Shown here: in pieces, positions 1 through 12,537 of the stretch
Position numbering within the stretch: position 1 is the first letter of the stretch
How the letters are laid out: each line of letters begins with the position of its first letter
Source of the DNA: Oopsacas minuta
Lineage: Eukaryota; Animalia; Porifera
DNA length: 64,000 nt
Assembly (NCBI GenBank): GCA_024704765.1
Contig: JAKMXF010000032.1
Coordinates: forward strand, 21,684-85,683
Direction: 5' to 3'
Program-made: the position numbers and the translations under genes
Notes under the pieces: model-generated
Database searches by the model: none
What the model saw: only the letters and a program-made list of their open reading frames with translations
What the model was told of the DNA's origin: nothing

Positions 1-1265
1 CCAAGCGGGATTTTGAAATTCATGAACCTTATTCCCCTTTTCCTCCATAAAGCACGATTTCTTATCGCATAACATTCACACCCCCTTAAGAACTGCTCTT
101 CTACTAAGCCACCGAACAGCTGTGAAATAGAGTACATCACCGTACTCTGAATCTAGCTTTTTTAAAATATGTTTAGATTTTCTATGGTTGATTCCCTTGG
201 CTCTGATAAAATTCACAGCATCAAGAATAAGTTTCTTAACGTTATTTATACAAGTGTTTTTGCGCATAAAACTTCCTGGTGAATAATACAGTGGTACCAT
301 ATCACTCCGTCACGGCCATTAGCAGCTAAATACCGCGACAACTGTCCCTTAAGACCACTTCCTATTCCAAGCATGGACGGCGCTCCGTCTGTTGTAACTC
401 GAGACAGTTTCGTGACCTATAAAGTAGCTTTTGATTAGACTTTTTGTGCTTCATCAAAAATATCAATACCATGGGCTTTTCCATACATAGGACTGAGTGA
501 TAACATTCCTCAGTTATTTTGAAGTTATTATCAACTCCCCTAATCCAGATGACTAATTGTTCCACATCAAAATGTCTTTGCCTTCATCTATTGCGATGCT
601 GTAAGAGGTGAAGTTTCGAGCCCTTTCTAAAAGTTGTTCATTAATATTATTCGAAATTGATTCTACACGTCGCATTACGGGTGTATCACTAAGACTCAGC
701 TGTTGTGCAAGATCATTCTTGTCTGGACAGCAAATTATCCATGAACACAGCTAGGCACTCTTTGATATACTCACCATCTGTAAATGGTTTCATTCGCCTT
801 GCAAAAATATTACTAATGGCTTAACTTGCTGCTGTTACCGACTTTCTTGATGTATCCACTTTCTTGAAGACTGACTGTTCCGTAGTCAAACTTTTCTTCA
901 TTTGATCAAGTTTAATCTGACGAGCTTCGCTAACATCACTAGTGAAATCTTCTCCATGTTTAGTATTAGAATACCTATCCAGATTTCTTCTCTTATTGCA
1001 AGCAATGGTATCACGGTAAATCAGAAATTTATTTTTCTCTCTGTCCTTGACCAAGAAAAACTCGTGCTCCCAATCAATATTGAAGAGTCTATTTCCTTTA
1101 AATATCTTAAGCTTTGAGGACGGATGTGACGCCATCTTGAAACTCAGTAAAATGTTTAAAGATCTTTGATTAAGAATCTCGCTAGCTTGGTAAGTACAAG
1201 ATTAATCAATATAATATAATACTGTAGTATTGTTAAGATTCTATTTCAATTTATATATCACAGTA
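1..1265 (-). mobile_element. hAT Buster/SPIN-type (GTF2IRD2-like) transposon, copy 1; decayed, left end deleted, runs off the window
   Basis: Near-identical reverse complement of about 12730-13990; ORFs 76-300 and 362-565 are identical to 13690-13914 and 13425-13628, with the same stops and frameshifts. Confidence 0.9.
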
Positions 1266-4200
1266 CTAATCTTGTGAATACAGCATATCACTAATATTGC
1301 CCCAGGGATAGCATCCCGAGAATGGACAACTATTACTTTCTATACCTGACTATGTTCTTGGGTATGCTCTTATATAATATCCACCCGAGTGCGAATACGG
1401 TACTTATTCAACTCTCACTTACATATACTTTAATTTGGTAAAGAAAGTTATCGTTATAATGAAACCCCTGGATTAGGTTTCATTTGTTAATATGAAGAGT
1501 AAATCAGTTAATTTAGAATATTTGTGGTAATGAATCCTTGCATTTTCATACCGCGAGTTTACTGCATCTCACAAAAGTAATCTGGGTATAGCAGGGCCGG
1601 ATTAAGCATATTGCGCGCCCTGTGCGTTACCCTCCGTTCGGGCATTTCCTTGACAACGGACAAACAAACAAACAGACAGACAAACAGACGAAAATGCAGA
1701 TGTAATAATATAGATTCATAGAATTTTACGAATTTTTTGATCCACAAATTTTGAGATAATTTCTTTGTCGTTGGTTTCTTCCAATAGCTCCGCTCAATCG
1801 TAATCATAGCTAGATCAGTGAATCGGTCCTCTGACATTGATGTGCATGGTACATTTTTTATACGTTTCATCTAGTTAAAACATCGTTCATCAGCCGCTAC
1901 CACGCACATGATAGTCAAACAAATTCGCAATGCTATGGTGACACTGGGAAATATGTTGTCAATGGTATGGTTGCACATATAGAGATATACACCCCCGAAG
2001 CTTATACGATTATCACCACCGAGATTCCTAGAAGTACACTTTATTCTCAGCTCTTCCCTAGGTGTAACTGACATGAGAATACGATAATGTATGACCTCCT
2101 CAATAATTTCATGGACGTCTTTGAGGTCTTTAGGATATTTGGATATCAAATGTTGAACCTTCTCAACAACTTCTTCTTTTGGGGCCGTCGAGCATAAATT
2201 AATCAGAAAGCCAAACAATGAGTAGACATCCTTGTAGACCTCTGTACGACGAATCAGTTCCACAATGAGGAGGTCTATAATTGGTAGAAATACATTGATC
2301 CTGAATGGATCAATTTTGCTGGTTGAATGTTGTCCTTGATGTCTACAGCTCCCTCGGGAAGGATCTTTTCTTTCCTTATGCGAAAGATTATTCGCATCTA
2401 ACAGATCGCAGTGAAGCGTTCCCTCAATGGCTTGAAATATCCAACCAATTAATTTAGGAGATATGATGTTTCACTAAGGTCTAATGAAGCATCTTGAAGG
2501 CATTTGTTGACGCTGTTGATTCGATGCAGTATTTGATTCCACAATTCTGTAAGAAGTAGGGTATCCCAGATCGACAGTGTACGTGTAGCAGGCAGATTTT
2601 CAGCTTCATGTCGAGTAGATTGCTTTTGTTGCAAGTCTTTGCAATTTCTTGCAATGCCTCGTCCAGCGGATCATAACCTACTTTCAAAACACTTATCGCC
2701 TGAGCGTGCACTGACCATCGCGTATAAGCGAGATTCTTTGGTCTGGTTTATCTCCAAGGTAATCGGTCAATACTTTCCATCGGTGAGTAGATGCTACGAA
2801 AAAAGTATACACGTTCTGTATGAAACTGAAAAAATCGTTGCTCTATCGACAGATAAAACTGCTGCCTGTCCTACCAAATTTAGAGAGTGTGGTGAGCATG
2901 GAAGATAAATTGCAAGAGGGGCATGTTCAAGAATTTTCTTTTGCATTCCGTTTTACTTGCCAGACATATTTGCAGCGTTATCGTAACACTGTCCCATCAT
3001 GCCTCCAAGATCAATTCCTAGTAATTCGAGTGTTACATTTGCAAGTGACTGCCCAGTGGGTGAGAAAATGGGGATGAAGGTAAGAAAGCGTTCGAGAGGT
3101 TCATGTCGATGGGGGTGAATATAACGGATCACGACCACAAGCCGGTCTACATGACTGATATCTGGGCTTGAGTCAACACTAATGGAGTAATATTGTTGCC
3201 TTTTTTACTTCAGCTACGGTCGTATCAGTTATTTTCTCTGCGATCACAGCGATGAACTCATCAGCAATATAGTGGAAGACTAATTTGATACACTCCCGCG
3301 CCCTTTGTCGCGTATTTGGCGATGTGACCAGGAATGAAAGCATCGAACATTGCAAGAAGCTTTAGGGTGTTAATATAGTTGCCTGAGTTAATACTATTAC
3401 ATCTCTCATCTGTTCCGCGGAAAGCCAATCCGTTGGATCCAAGGAATTTTACTACAGCAATTGCTCTCTTTACAACCTGTGACCCAATAAACACGTTCAG
3501 ACTCGATAGAGTGACCATGTTGACTTTTTCGAGTAATCAGATCAGAGGCGCTCCCAGGGGGGGTCCAGGGGGTTCGGACCCCCCTTTCTGAAGGAATTAA
3601 ATCAAACCTGGACAAAATTAAGATAGTAACAACAAGTCTACTAATATTTGTTATTCTCATATCTATATTGTAATCCGTATCAGTGCTGATTGTGTACCTG
3701 TATTGTTCCATAAATTAATAAGTAACAGCTGTCAGTCAATAGATGCAATAACTAGGTAGTAACCACAGCGAGTTTCAGAAAATAGGTTAGAATTACCCTA
3801 TGGCTTCAAACTCATCCTTCAATAAATATCGGTCACATTAGTTTTATATCATTTTGTTGGTATCCACTCTAACATCTACATACATTCTGATTTTCAGGTC
3901 TAAACTGAATGTCGGCGCAGAAGGGAGATGCTCCTGAATTACAACAAACTTTGTTGGCGTTTAGCATATCAAAGAGAGCAAGGAGTAACATTAACGAAAG
4001 AGAATTGGCTATTGAGGTACAGCCCACTAGCAACTCCCAACCACCTGAAGCAGGTGCTACTTCTTCAGTGCATTCCCAAGATATACAAATTTCTGACTCG
4101 CCGAATGTGGTAGATGTTTCGAATACTTCATCAGGGGTTAATATATTCACTGAGCTCCATGTTCCAGATGTCACAAATTCATCCCCATAGGATTCAGACT

Positions 4201-4799
4201 TCATAGTTAATGAGCCTGCTTTGCAAATATAACTTTATGACGTTGGAGATATCTTAAAGGGTGATGTTATAGTAAAAAATCTCAGTGACAATGCAAAGGC
4301 CAACTAACTGTCACACCACTTTACTCCTGGGAAAAATTTCCAGGCGTTTATAAAACAGATGATTGTTCGTGGAAAAACAAAACAGAAGAAAGTTCTCGTA
4401 TTCCAGCACTCTTGGCTGGAACGATATGGGTGATGAGTGTACAGTCCTGCTGGTGGGGGAGGACTCTGCAAATATTGTATAATATTTTCATCAGAAAATG
4501 ACAAAAGGAAATACAGTGGCGTGCTTGTAAATAAACGGTTAATTAACCTGGTCAGAGCTACTGGAAAAGATGGTGCGTTGAAACATCATCAAAGTCTCCA
4601 ATATCACAAAGATGCGGTTCAACATGGCTTGCTCTTATTGCAACATCTAAAAGCCCCCAAAACATCCCTACCATTCATCATAAATCAGGCCAACCAGGAG
4701 GTATATATGAAGAACCGCCACATCTTGAAGAGTGTCATTGAAGCTGTAGTATTGTGTGGGAAGCAGAATTTGTCACTTCGTGGCCACAGGATGACAATA

Positions 4800-6108
4800 C
4801 AGGGTGGCCAATAAGTTCTGTCCCCTCCCTGAATAGTGATAACTATTTATGTAGCCATTCTTATAGATTATTACTTGGCATATATCTAATAGATATGTCT
4901 AGCAATACATAAACAAATCCTACTCTATGTAGCCACCTTTGTTCTTGACTACACTTCTTAGTCGCGTCGGAAAGGACTCCACTGCGGCTCGCAGGACCTC
5001 CTGAGGAATCTTTTCCCACTCTTTGGCCAATGATCTCTTCAGAGAGTCCAAATTGTTGTGAGACTTTGCACAAGCCTTTGCTCCCAATATGGCCCAGATC
5101 GAGAAGTCCATTGGGTTCAAATCTGGACTTGAGGGAGGCCATTCCTCCTTTGAAAGAAATCCTGAAATGTTCTCATGTAACCATTTTTGAGTGATATTGG
5201 CGGTGTGAGCCGGAGCACCGTCTTGTTGGAAGACAAATGGTTGATTTCTAAAGATATTTCTGCTCGAGTGTTTAATTACTGGTTCAAGGATCAACTGCCG
5301 ATAGGTTGCAGCATTTATCTTGACCCCTTCAGGTATAAATATTAGCGGAGTCCGTCCATTCGCCGAAATACCGGTCCATACCATAATAGATCGGGGTTTT
5401 TGTGTCCTAGCTACATACAAAACATCCTCAGGGATGCTTGAAGAGTTTGGAGCTAATATTGTGTCATTCTGTTTGTTAGTAGCCTGCTCTATACTGAACA
5501 ATTTTTCATCAGAGAACAGAAACCGGTCAAGATTTTCAATTTCGAGCCGAGTAAGAAGGCCCTTGCTTCTCGAGAGCCTTTTCAGCTTAATAGTCTCCGA
5601 AAGGAAATGAACAGTCTTCCTTTTATACGACCTGAAATCCAATTCATTCTTGACTAAATTTTGCATCGATCCTTTGGATATGTGGACCTCAGCTGCCATT
5701 TTCCTCATGGATCGTAGAGGATTCCTCCTTATTCGGTCCCTAACTAACTTCTTCATCCTGGGAGTAGTGATGGACTTCGGACGACCACTTCGGGGCATAT
5801 CCTGAATGCTGCCCGTCTTCTGATAACGTAGGATAGTTCTATATACGAACTTTCTCCTTGATTTTTTAAAATTCAGCAATTTTAAAATTTCGCCTTGTGA
5901 TTTTCCTTTAGAAAATAATTCAACAATGGCAGCCCTTTCACAATCCATAGAATATTGTACAAGATAAATTGAATAAACGGCATATAGTTATAAAATATAA
6001 AGTATAATGTTCCTGAGAGTGATTTAATTGTATTAAACTTGTGGTAGCCTAATTAGTATTTATGTGATATTGCATCAAAGAATGGGACAGAACTTAATGG
6101 CCACCCTG
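4800..6108 (-). mobile_element. Tc1/mariner maT-type (DD37D) transposon, full length, nested in element C
   Basis: 25-bp TIRs CAGGGTGGCCA(A/T)TAAGTTCTGTCCC with 1 mismatch; TA duplication (4798-4799, 6109-6110). The host hAT reading frame rejoins across the site (RGHRMTIQ-VISSNKGNF). Confidence 0.95.
4920..5948 (-). CDS. DD37D transposase, 342 aa, uninterrupted
   Basis: N-terminal HTH region with RSGRPK; catalytic FSDE, QQDGAPAH and SPDLNPMD, with 37 residues between the second and third Asp. Confidence 0.93.
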   Translation of the reverse strand: MDCERAAIVELFSKGKSQGEILKLLNFKKSRRKFVYRTILRYQKTGSIQDMPRSGRPKSITTPRMKKLVRDRIRRNPLRSMRKMAAEVHISKGSMQNLVKNELDFRSYKRKTVHFLSETIKLKRLSRSKGLLTRLEIENLDRFLFSDEKLFSIEQATNKQNDTILAPNSSSIPEDVLYVARTQKPRSIMVWTGISANGRTPLIFIPEGVKINAATYRQLILEPVIKHSSRNIFRNQPFVFQQDGAPAHTANITQKWLHENISGFLSKEEWPPSSPDLNPMDFSIWAILGAKACAKSHNNLDSLKRSLAKEWEKIPQEVLRAAVESFPTRLRSVVKNKGGYIE

Positions 6109-9100
6109 TACAAGTTATATCTTCTAATAAAGGTAATTTTTGGGCAATTCTTGAGATGATGTCCAGGCGTGATGCTGTTTTACGGGAACATCTCGAAAGT
6201 GGAAATAAGAATGCGCAGTACACTTCAAAAAGAATCCAGAATGAGGTATTGATTTAGTAGCTGAATATATTCGAAAGGAAAACACGCGAAGCCTGCTATT
6301 TGATAACACCTTCTTTGCTATTATGGCTGATGAAGTTACAGATCCTCATAGCAATCAAGAGATTCTATCCGTGTGTCTGAGGTTACTTGATGGTAACGAA
6401 ATCAGAGAATTTTCTTTGATTTCGTGTATCTTGAGAGGACAACTGGGGAAACAATAGCCAGTGCTATTATCGAAAGCCTCAAACATAACCACGTCGATCT
6501 TACTAAAGCAAGGGGTCAAAGCTATGATGGTCCCGCTTGTATGTGTTCTGATAAAGTTGGGGTACAAACAAGGATAGGATAAGTATCCCCACGTGCACTG
6601 TATGTACATTGTAACAGCCATGTATTCAATCTAAGCATTCCCAGTGCTTGTAAACTGCCTGCAATCAGGAATATGATTGGTACTCTCAATGCTGTTTTCC
6701 TGTTCTTTGGTAAGTCTCCCAAAAGGCAGCGATTTCTTGAAAGAATAGTGAAGAATTTGGCACCTGACATGCATAAGACAAAGCTTATTGGACTCTGTAA
6801 AACAAGGTGGGTGGAGCGGCATACTTGTTTTGATAGCTTCTATACTATGTATGAGTCATTGTGCGAATGTCTAGACGCAATGCTGGATCCATCTAGCTAT
6901 CACCAAATTTACGAGGATGCTTGGAGTGATCATTGGGATCAGGATACAAGATCTAAGGCACAGAGGCTTTTGTCCAATCTGGAGTCATCAGCAACTATCA
7001 TCGCGTTCATTTTGCAAAGAATGCATTAGAGATCATTAGGCCCATTGCCTCCAAGCTGCAGAAAAGGGACCTGGATATCTATCAGGCATATGCCATGATC
7101 GACCGGACAAAAGATCGAATCACTGCCTTAAGGTATGATACTGAGGATGCGTATAGCAGCTGGTATGAAGAAGTAGCCCACTTTGCCTCGAAGGTTGAGG
7201 TTAATATCACATCTCCTAGAAGAGCTGGACCTAGATCTTCTCGACAAATATACAGCGCCAATGCTCCAAGTACATGTCCAAAGGAATATTACCTGCGAAA
7301 TCTGGAAATACCATTTGCTGACCATTCATTAGCTGAATTTAACAGTCGATTCAATCCTGAGGACAGGAAAGGCATAGAGATCCTTGCATTACTCCCCGGT
7401 GCCATCACATTAGGTGCTGTTGACTTAGAGTCTGTTGTAATTGGACTAATGGTTTGGGAACCAGATCTGCCATTTAGTTCCTCACTTAGATCTGAAATGA
7501 AGGAATGGCAGCGCTATTGGAGTTCCAAGGAGCCCAATCAATTATCAGTAAACTTGTCCGAGTGTCTGAGTCATGTAGATGAAGATATTTTTCCCAACAT
7601 TCTAACCCTACTAAAATTGGATGTACCCTTCAAATTGGAAGTTGTGGGTCAGAGCGCTCATTCTCATGTCTTCGCCGAGTAAAAAGCTACCTTCGTAGCA
7701 CGATGGGACAAGAGCGACTCTCTGGGCTAGCGCTGATGAATATGCATCATAGTATAGATATAAACTTAGACTATATTTGCTTGAAATTCCTAGAAAAAAA
7801 CCAAAGGAGAATGTTTTCCAGTTATGTGTTATTTGACTAGATACGATTAAAAACTTACATTTATACGTAATATGCAAGTATATCCATAGCAAATATTATG
7901 AATCTTTTATCCTCAGAAATTGCGTCTGGAACTTTGTAAAACTAGACCCCCACCCTTTTTTCAAATCCTGGGACCGCCGATGTAGATCGAGAGTACATCG
8001 GCGATGATAGAGAGAGTTTCCATGACATTTTATTCGGTCGAAGTGTCTCCAGTCATTGAAGCCTTGTACGAACGAATTGTTGGATTCTTTCGATGTAGTT
8101 GACATAATAGTTTGCACATTGGAAGCAGTATACATTACCCGACAACGGTGAGTAGCAGAGCCATTCATGCTTGCCCAATTCGCCATTTGTATGTTCAATA
8201 ATGAGCATTTTGTTCTGATAATATCTGGACTCACCATCATTGTAGACCCTCTTCGATGCCGGATAACTCGTTGAGCGGTTGTGCGCAGCTGCAGGGCCTA
8301 GTTGAATTAGCTGGTCTGTCATTTCTGGAGCAGAATTTAGCGATTCACGCCAAGTTGACGGATCTTTAAAATCTATAGACAATTGAGATATTACGAGAGG
8401 AGGTGAACTGTCTTCTCCAGCAGAAAGATTAAGCTCCTCATCTACCTGCCGCAATTGTCCAAGATCATTATTAGATTGTGTTGGTTGTATAGTCGCATCC
8501 TGGGGCTGTGGTGCGGTTGTGTTGGTGCGGTTGTGTTGGTGCGGAAGAAGTTGTCAAGTTTTGGCAGCTTTGATAGATAACGCTCTGTGGAAGCAGCAGC
8601 ATCTCGTTTCTGCGACCCCACTTTTGAGTTTGTAGGAAGACATCGAATCAAAAATATTGCAAAGACAACTTATTAAGGAAAGTATCAAATTATACAAATA
8701 ATTTGTAATAGTCTCATATATAGTAGGAAATGATAATTTGTTATGAATGAACAACTATAATATGTTTTCACAATTTCACCTTAGCTAATTCATAGAGTTC
8801 ATTGTTGACAAATTTATCTCCAGCCTTAAAAATAAGGAATTGTTATGAATTGAAGAATACAAAGAAACACAATTCCATTATGAGCAATTAGCTAATAATT
8901 AAAGTGGACAATGAAAGTAAACTAAAACATCTAAAAGATTACCTAAACCGGCCCGGGTCTGCGATTAGGTAAATATTCACTGGTTGGGGGCCCTGCGAGC
9001 CCCCAAACCAGTTCGGGCCCTGTGCGATCGCACATTCCGCATGTGCGGTAATCCAGCCCTGGGGTATAGAGTAGCGCAGCCGTTCCCAGCCTTTTCACCT

Positions 9101-11789
9101 GTGTACCACTCTACCAATTATATCACATTCTGCGGGCTCAGGTATATTTCAATACAAAGTTTAAAGTCCTATGGACGGTCTGCTGTTATTCGTGAACCGC
9201 TATGGTGTCCTTGGATCCCGTTTGGGGATCGCTCACTGGAGTATTAATGAATTGTAAAATAACATTCACTTGTTCATTTGTTCATCTCAGAGTCTTAAAT
9301 TTGTCCAGAAATAGTTGCTCCTAAACTGGTTTTATCCGGCTAATTATCAGTAGGGAAGAAAAGACAAGTATGTAATCAAACTTTTTGCAATATCAAATGT
9401 TTAAGATACTCCATGTAACTGGCAGGCCATGTTGCAGATTGTAAATGTAGAATATAATAATTTTGAGTGCACAGGTAGAGTGGCACTAAGTTATTGTTAA
9501 CAAAATCAGGCTTGGGGTCCACAAAGAAAAGTCGCTGCTCCATCAATGTACATTTCACAAAAAGTACGGACTTGTCCACCAAACCTTGGACTCCTGACCC
9601 CACAACCAAGGTACCCAAACTTGGTAAGTACGGTAAAGAGCAGAAGTGATATACAAATACATGTTGAATATATTTGTGTTATAGGTGAATTTAGTAAGTT
9701 ATAATATATTCAACTTTTTGGAATATGTTAAAATAATTGTTTTCAAAGCATTGTTTATTTGGCTGTTGACATAATGTGAGAGTAAGTTCACGTGGTACTA
9801 CTTATTCACTGTAAACAATTTTGAGGTATTGAATCGGCAAGGTTTGAATAGAGAATATAATATGGGGGAGGTCTAATGAGATTAAGTTGGAACAATGTCA
9901 AGTAACATGACCAAATGGGTTGTAAGCTACAGTATTGTATACATACTTAAACCTGCCTGTATATCCTCTTTGATGATTGGAGATTTAGTGTTTTTGAATA
10001 ATTATGACTTGATACCTACTAAACAGTCAACACCTGCTAACTCGAATGCCCCTTTAATCGGGCATTCTTATCTGCAACGCATTATATTTTCCCTCTTTTA
10101 CTATTTGGTTTATTCAGAAAAGAATTGCGCTATCTGGAACAGATTTATGGTTTCGAGTTACCGGTTAAATGTTTACTAAATCTAATTGTTCAAAATATTA
10201 TATTCTAGATGTGAAGGTTTTTGTTACATTTTTTGCAAAGATTACAAATAACTGAATATGCTCTAACAACTTCAGCTCGTATTAAATTGATAAAGTATTA
10301 GGGAAATTGTGAAATTAATTGGAGGCCATCCGTTAAAGGGTATAGTAGTGGTCAGTTGGAATAAGTACTCAGATACCATTTTTGAAATTCTCTTTAGCAC
10401 TAATATTTAGGTCTCTATGGACGTTTGAAATGGGCGCCATCGTAACTTTAGCATTATCAGGCAATAGGAGGCATGTGGCCCGGCACCTTTGGTCCAGAGC
10501 CAAAGTATGGACATTTTGTCCGATCTCAAAGCTCTAGTTTGTTTACAAATGTTCAAGAACGTGTATGAGTGAAACCGATTTTCAATATTTTTCAAATATA
10601 TAATATTCATCACCGAAAATTGACCTGACGTCGCAAAGAAACAGGGATATTCCTGCATGAGTCCTGTGGCGAAACGGTAGACGCAGAAAAAAATCGATTC
10701 TACTCATTCACTAACTTGAACATTTTACTTCACTAAGAACTTTAGGATCAGGGCCCTTGGTGCTGAACCGAAATGTGCGGGCATAGGTGACGGTTTGTGG
10801 GGGTCAGTATCATAATACCTGGGTTATCAAAACGTAAAGTCGATAAGGGAATTATTTCAAAAGAAAGTCTAACTCAATTCTCGATATCAACCCATCTGAT
10901 GACTCGTTTTAATACTATAGCCTTATCAAACTATTTTTGATTTTTGCATGAATAAAACAAACGTTGATGGGCACATTGTGTTCGCTCAAAATGAAAATCT
11001 AACAACTAGAGAGGTGTTAAAAGTGTTTAAGGAAATTAGTGTGATAGAGGATACCTATTGATGGAAACTCGAGAATAGTTATTATAGGTGTTGAATTTGA
11101 TCACCGTATAATTACATGTGGGATTTGATCATTATTTCAAGCCAGTGTTGCCCTCGGATAGAAATTTTTGAGCAAGCTAGGCCACGAGCCCGCCAAGTAG
11201 TCCGCAAATAGCCGCATAAATATTTTTGGCTCGCAAGAGGCAACTAATAAGTAATATATCTTTGAGGAAGAATTTGATAACCCGTTACTTAAAAATCCAA
11301 GGTAGTATCTAACATACGATTTTGTTAAATGACCCAAGTCTTGTTTGGTGAACTGCAGATATAATTCAGAAGTGATTAAGGAACAGGTAAGAGCCAAAGG
11401 GGTGAAATTTGGTATGTAGGGTCCATAGAGAGCCATCTAAGACCAGTTCAAGTTTGAACGAAAATACACAGCTGACGGAAATATAACATAATTGTCACCT
11501 TTTTCACTTACCTGGAGACTGCTCAGCCATAATATAGATGATAGCTAGGTTCATATTAATAGAATACGTCCACCACTAATAACAAACAGCTGATCAAAAA
11601 TTCACAAGAGCGTTAATTCATGGTGTAACTATTAATTAAGTATCATTATTTATCAATAATTAAAAAATAGTCAAATGCTTGTCTTTTTTCGGAATATGGA
11701 TACTACTTATGGCATTCAAAAAGTTTCCATCTTAGTCTAATATCTTGACAGTACAACGATTTACTAATTAAATTTCTACATAAAAAATG

Positions 11790-12170
11790 TTCGAAATACT
11801 CGCCCTCTACATCTATACATAGTTTTAGCCTATCAACCCACTTCGAAAATGTTTTTTATACTCGTCTCTGTCCACTGAATTGAGGTAGTGATTGATCACT
11901 TTTCCTAGCTCTTGTTGGGTATGAAATAGCCGTCCTCCTAGATGTTTTCCAATTCAGTGAATAGCCACAAATCACAAGGTGATAGATCTAGGGAATACGG
12001 AGGATGTTCTATCGTTTCAAACCCGATTTCCTCAATGACTTCCCTAACGTGTTTTTGGAGCGTGAAGTCTGGCATTATCGTGGAGAAGTTTGATTTCTCG
12101 AATTCTTATCTGCGGACGTCGTGTTTTATTGACTTTCACGACTTCTCTCAGACATTTATCCACCTAAAAT
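11790..12170 (-). pseudogene. mariner (DD34D-type) transposase C-terminal remnant
   Basis: Frameshifted translation: LLHDNARLH...HPPYSLDLSPCDLWLF...KWVDRLKLCIDVEGEYFE. Confidence 0.8.
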
Positions 12171-12537
12171 TCTCCATTGAGTCGTTCTCCTTTAGGCACA
12201 GGTATTTGAGCCACTGGTCCATACGCATCAAATAATATGCTGTAACCATATCGTCTCGGAAGTCAGAACATGCCTTTCGGGGGATAAGAACCTTTCGAGA
12301 ATACAGATTTGCTTTGTTCCTCACGAAGAGGTTCAGAAAGATTATTCCTAGTTTCGTCGCCAGTAACGATTTGATATAATTTTCACAAATCACAATCTCT
12401 ATATTCTTAAACAAATAAAATAGGTAGTCGATAGGACTATTAGGAAATACTATGCATTTCATGTAAGCGAGTAGAACTTTGTAGCTAAAGACTAAGGATG
12501 TAACGTTTTGAATGACACAACTAGACGGCGTCTAGAT

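Larger units (their letters stand above)
3543..7982 (+). mobile_element. hAT element C (P52rIPK/THAP12-like transposase pseudogene), nested in element B
   Basis: Imperfect 16-bp TIRs CAGAGGCGCTCCCAGG / CCTGGGACCGCCGATG; only AGAT of the TSD is retained. Element B sequence resumes on both sides (compare 62345-62390). Motifs: RGH..SNKGNF, YTSKRIQNE, ADEVTD, SYDG, HCNSH, TRWVERH, SERSFS. Confidence 0.88.
1592..9061 (-). mobile_element. hAT element B (ZMYM1-like, TTF-type Zn finger transposase pseudogene), interrupted by a nested element at 3543-7982
   Basis: TIRs CAGGGCCGGATTA (1592) and TAATCCAGCCCTG (ends 9061); perfect 8-bp TSD GGGTATAG (1584-1591, 9062-9069). Motifs: WLCYSPLSGNVYCFQC, FRGTDE, SVDSSPD, CYDNAANMSG, CSLHALNL, ADERCFN. 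Confidence 0.93.

Noticed and set aside
9290-9700. Splice-like signals suggesting host exons
   Set aside because: No consistent reading frame or recognisable product.
11143-11260. CAGTGTTGCC..GGCAACT as a possible MITE
   Set aside because: The right end is incomplete and there is no TSD.
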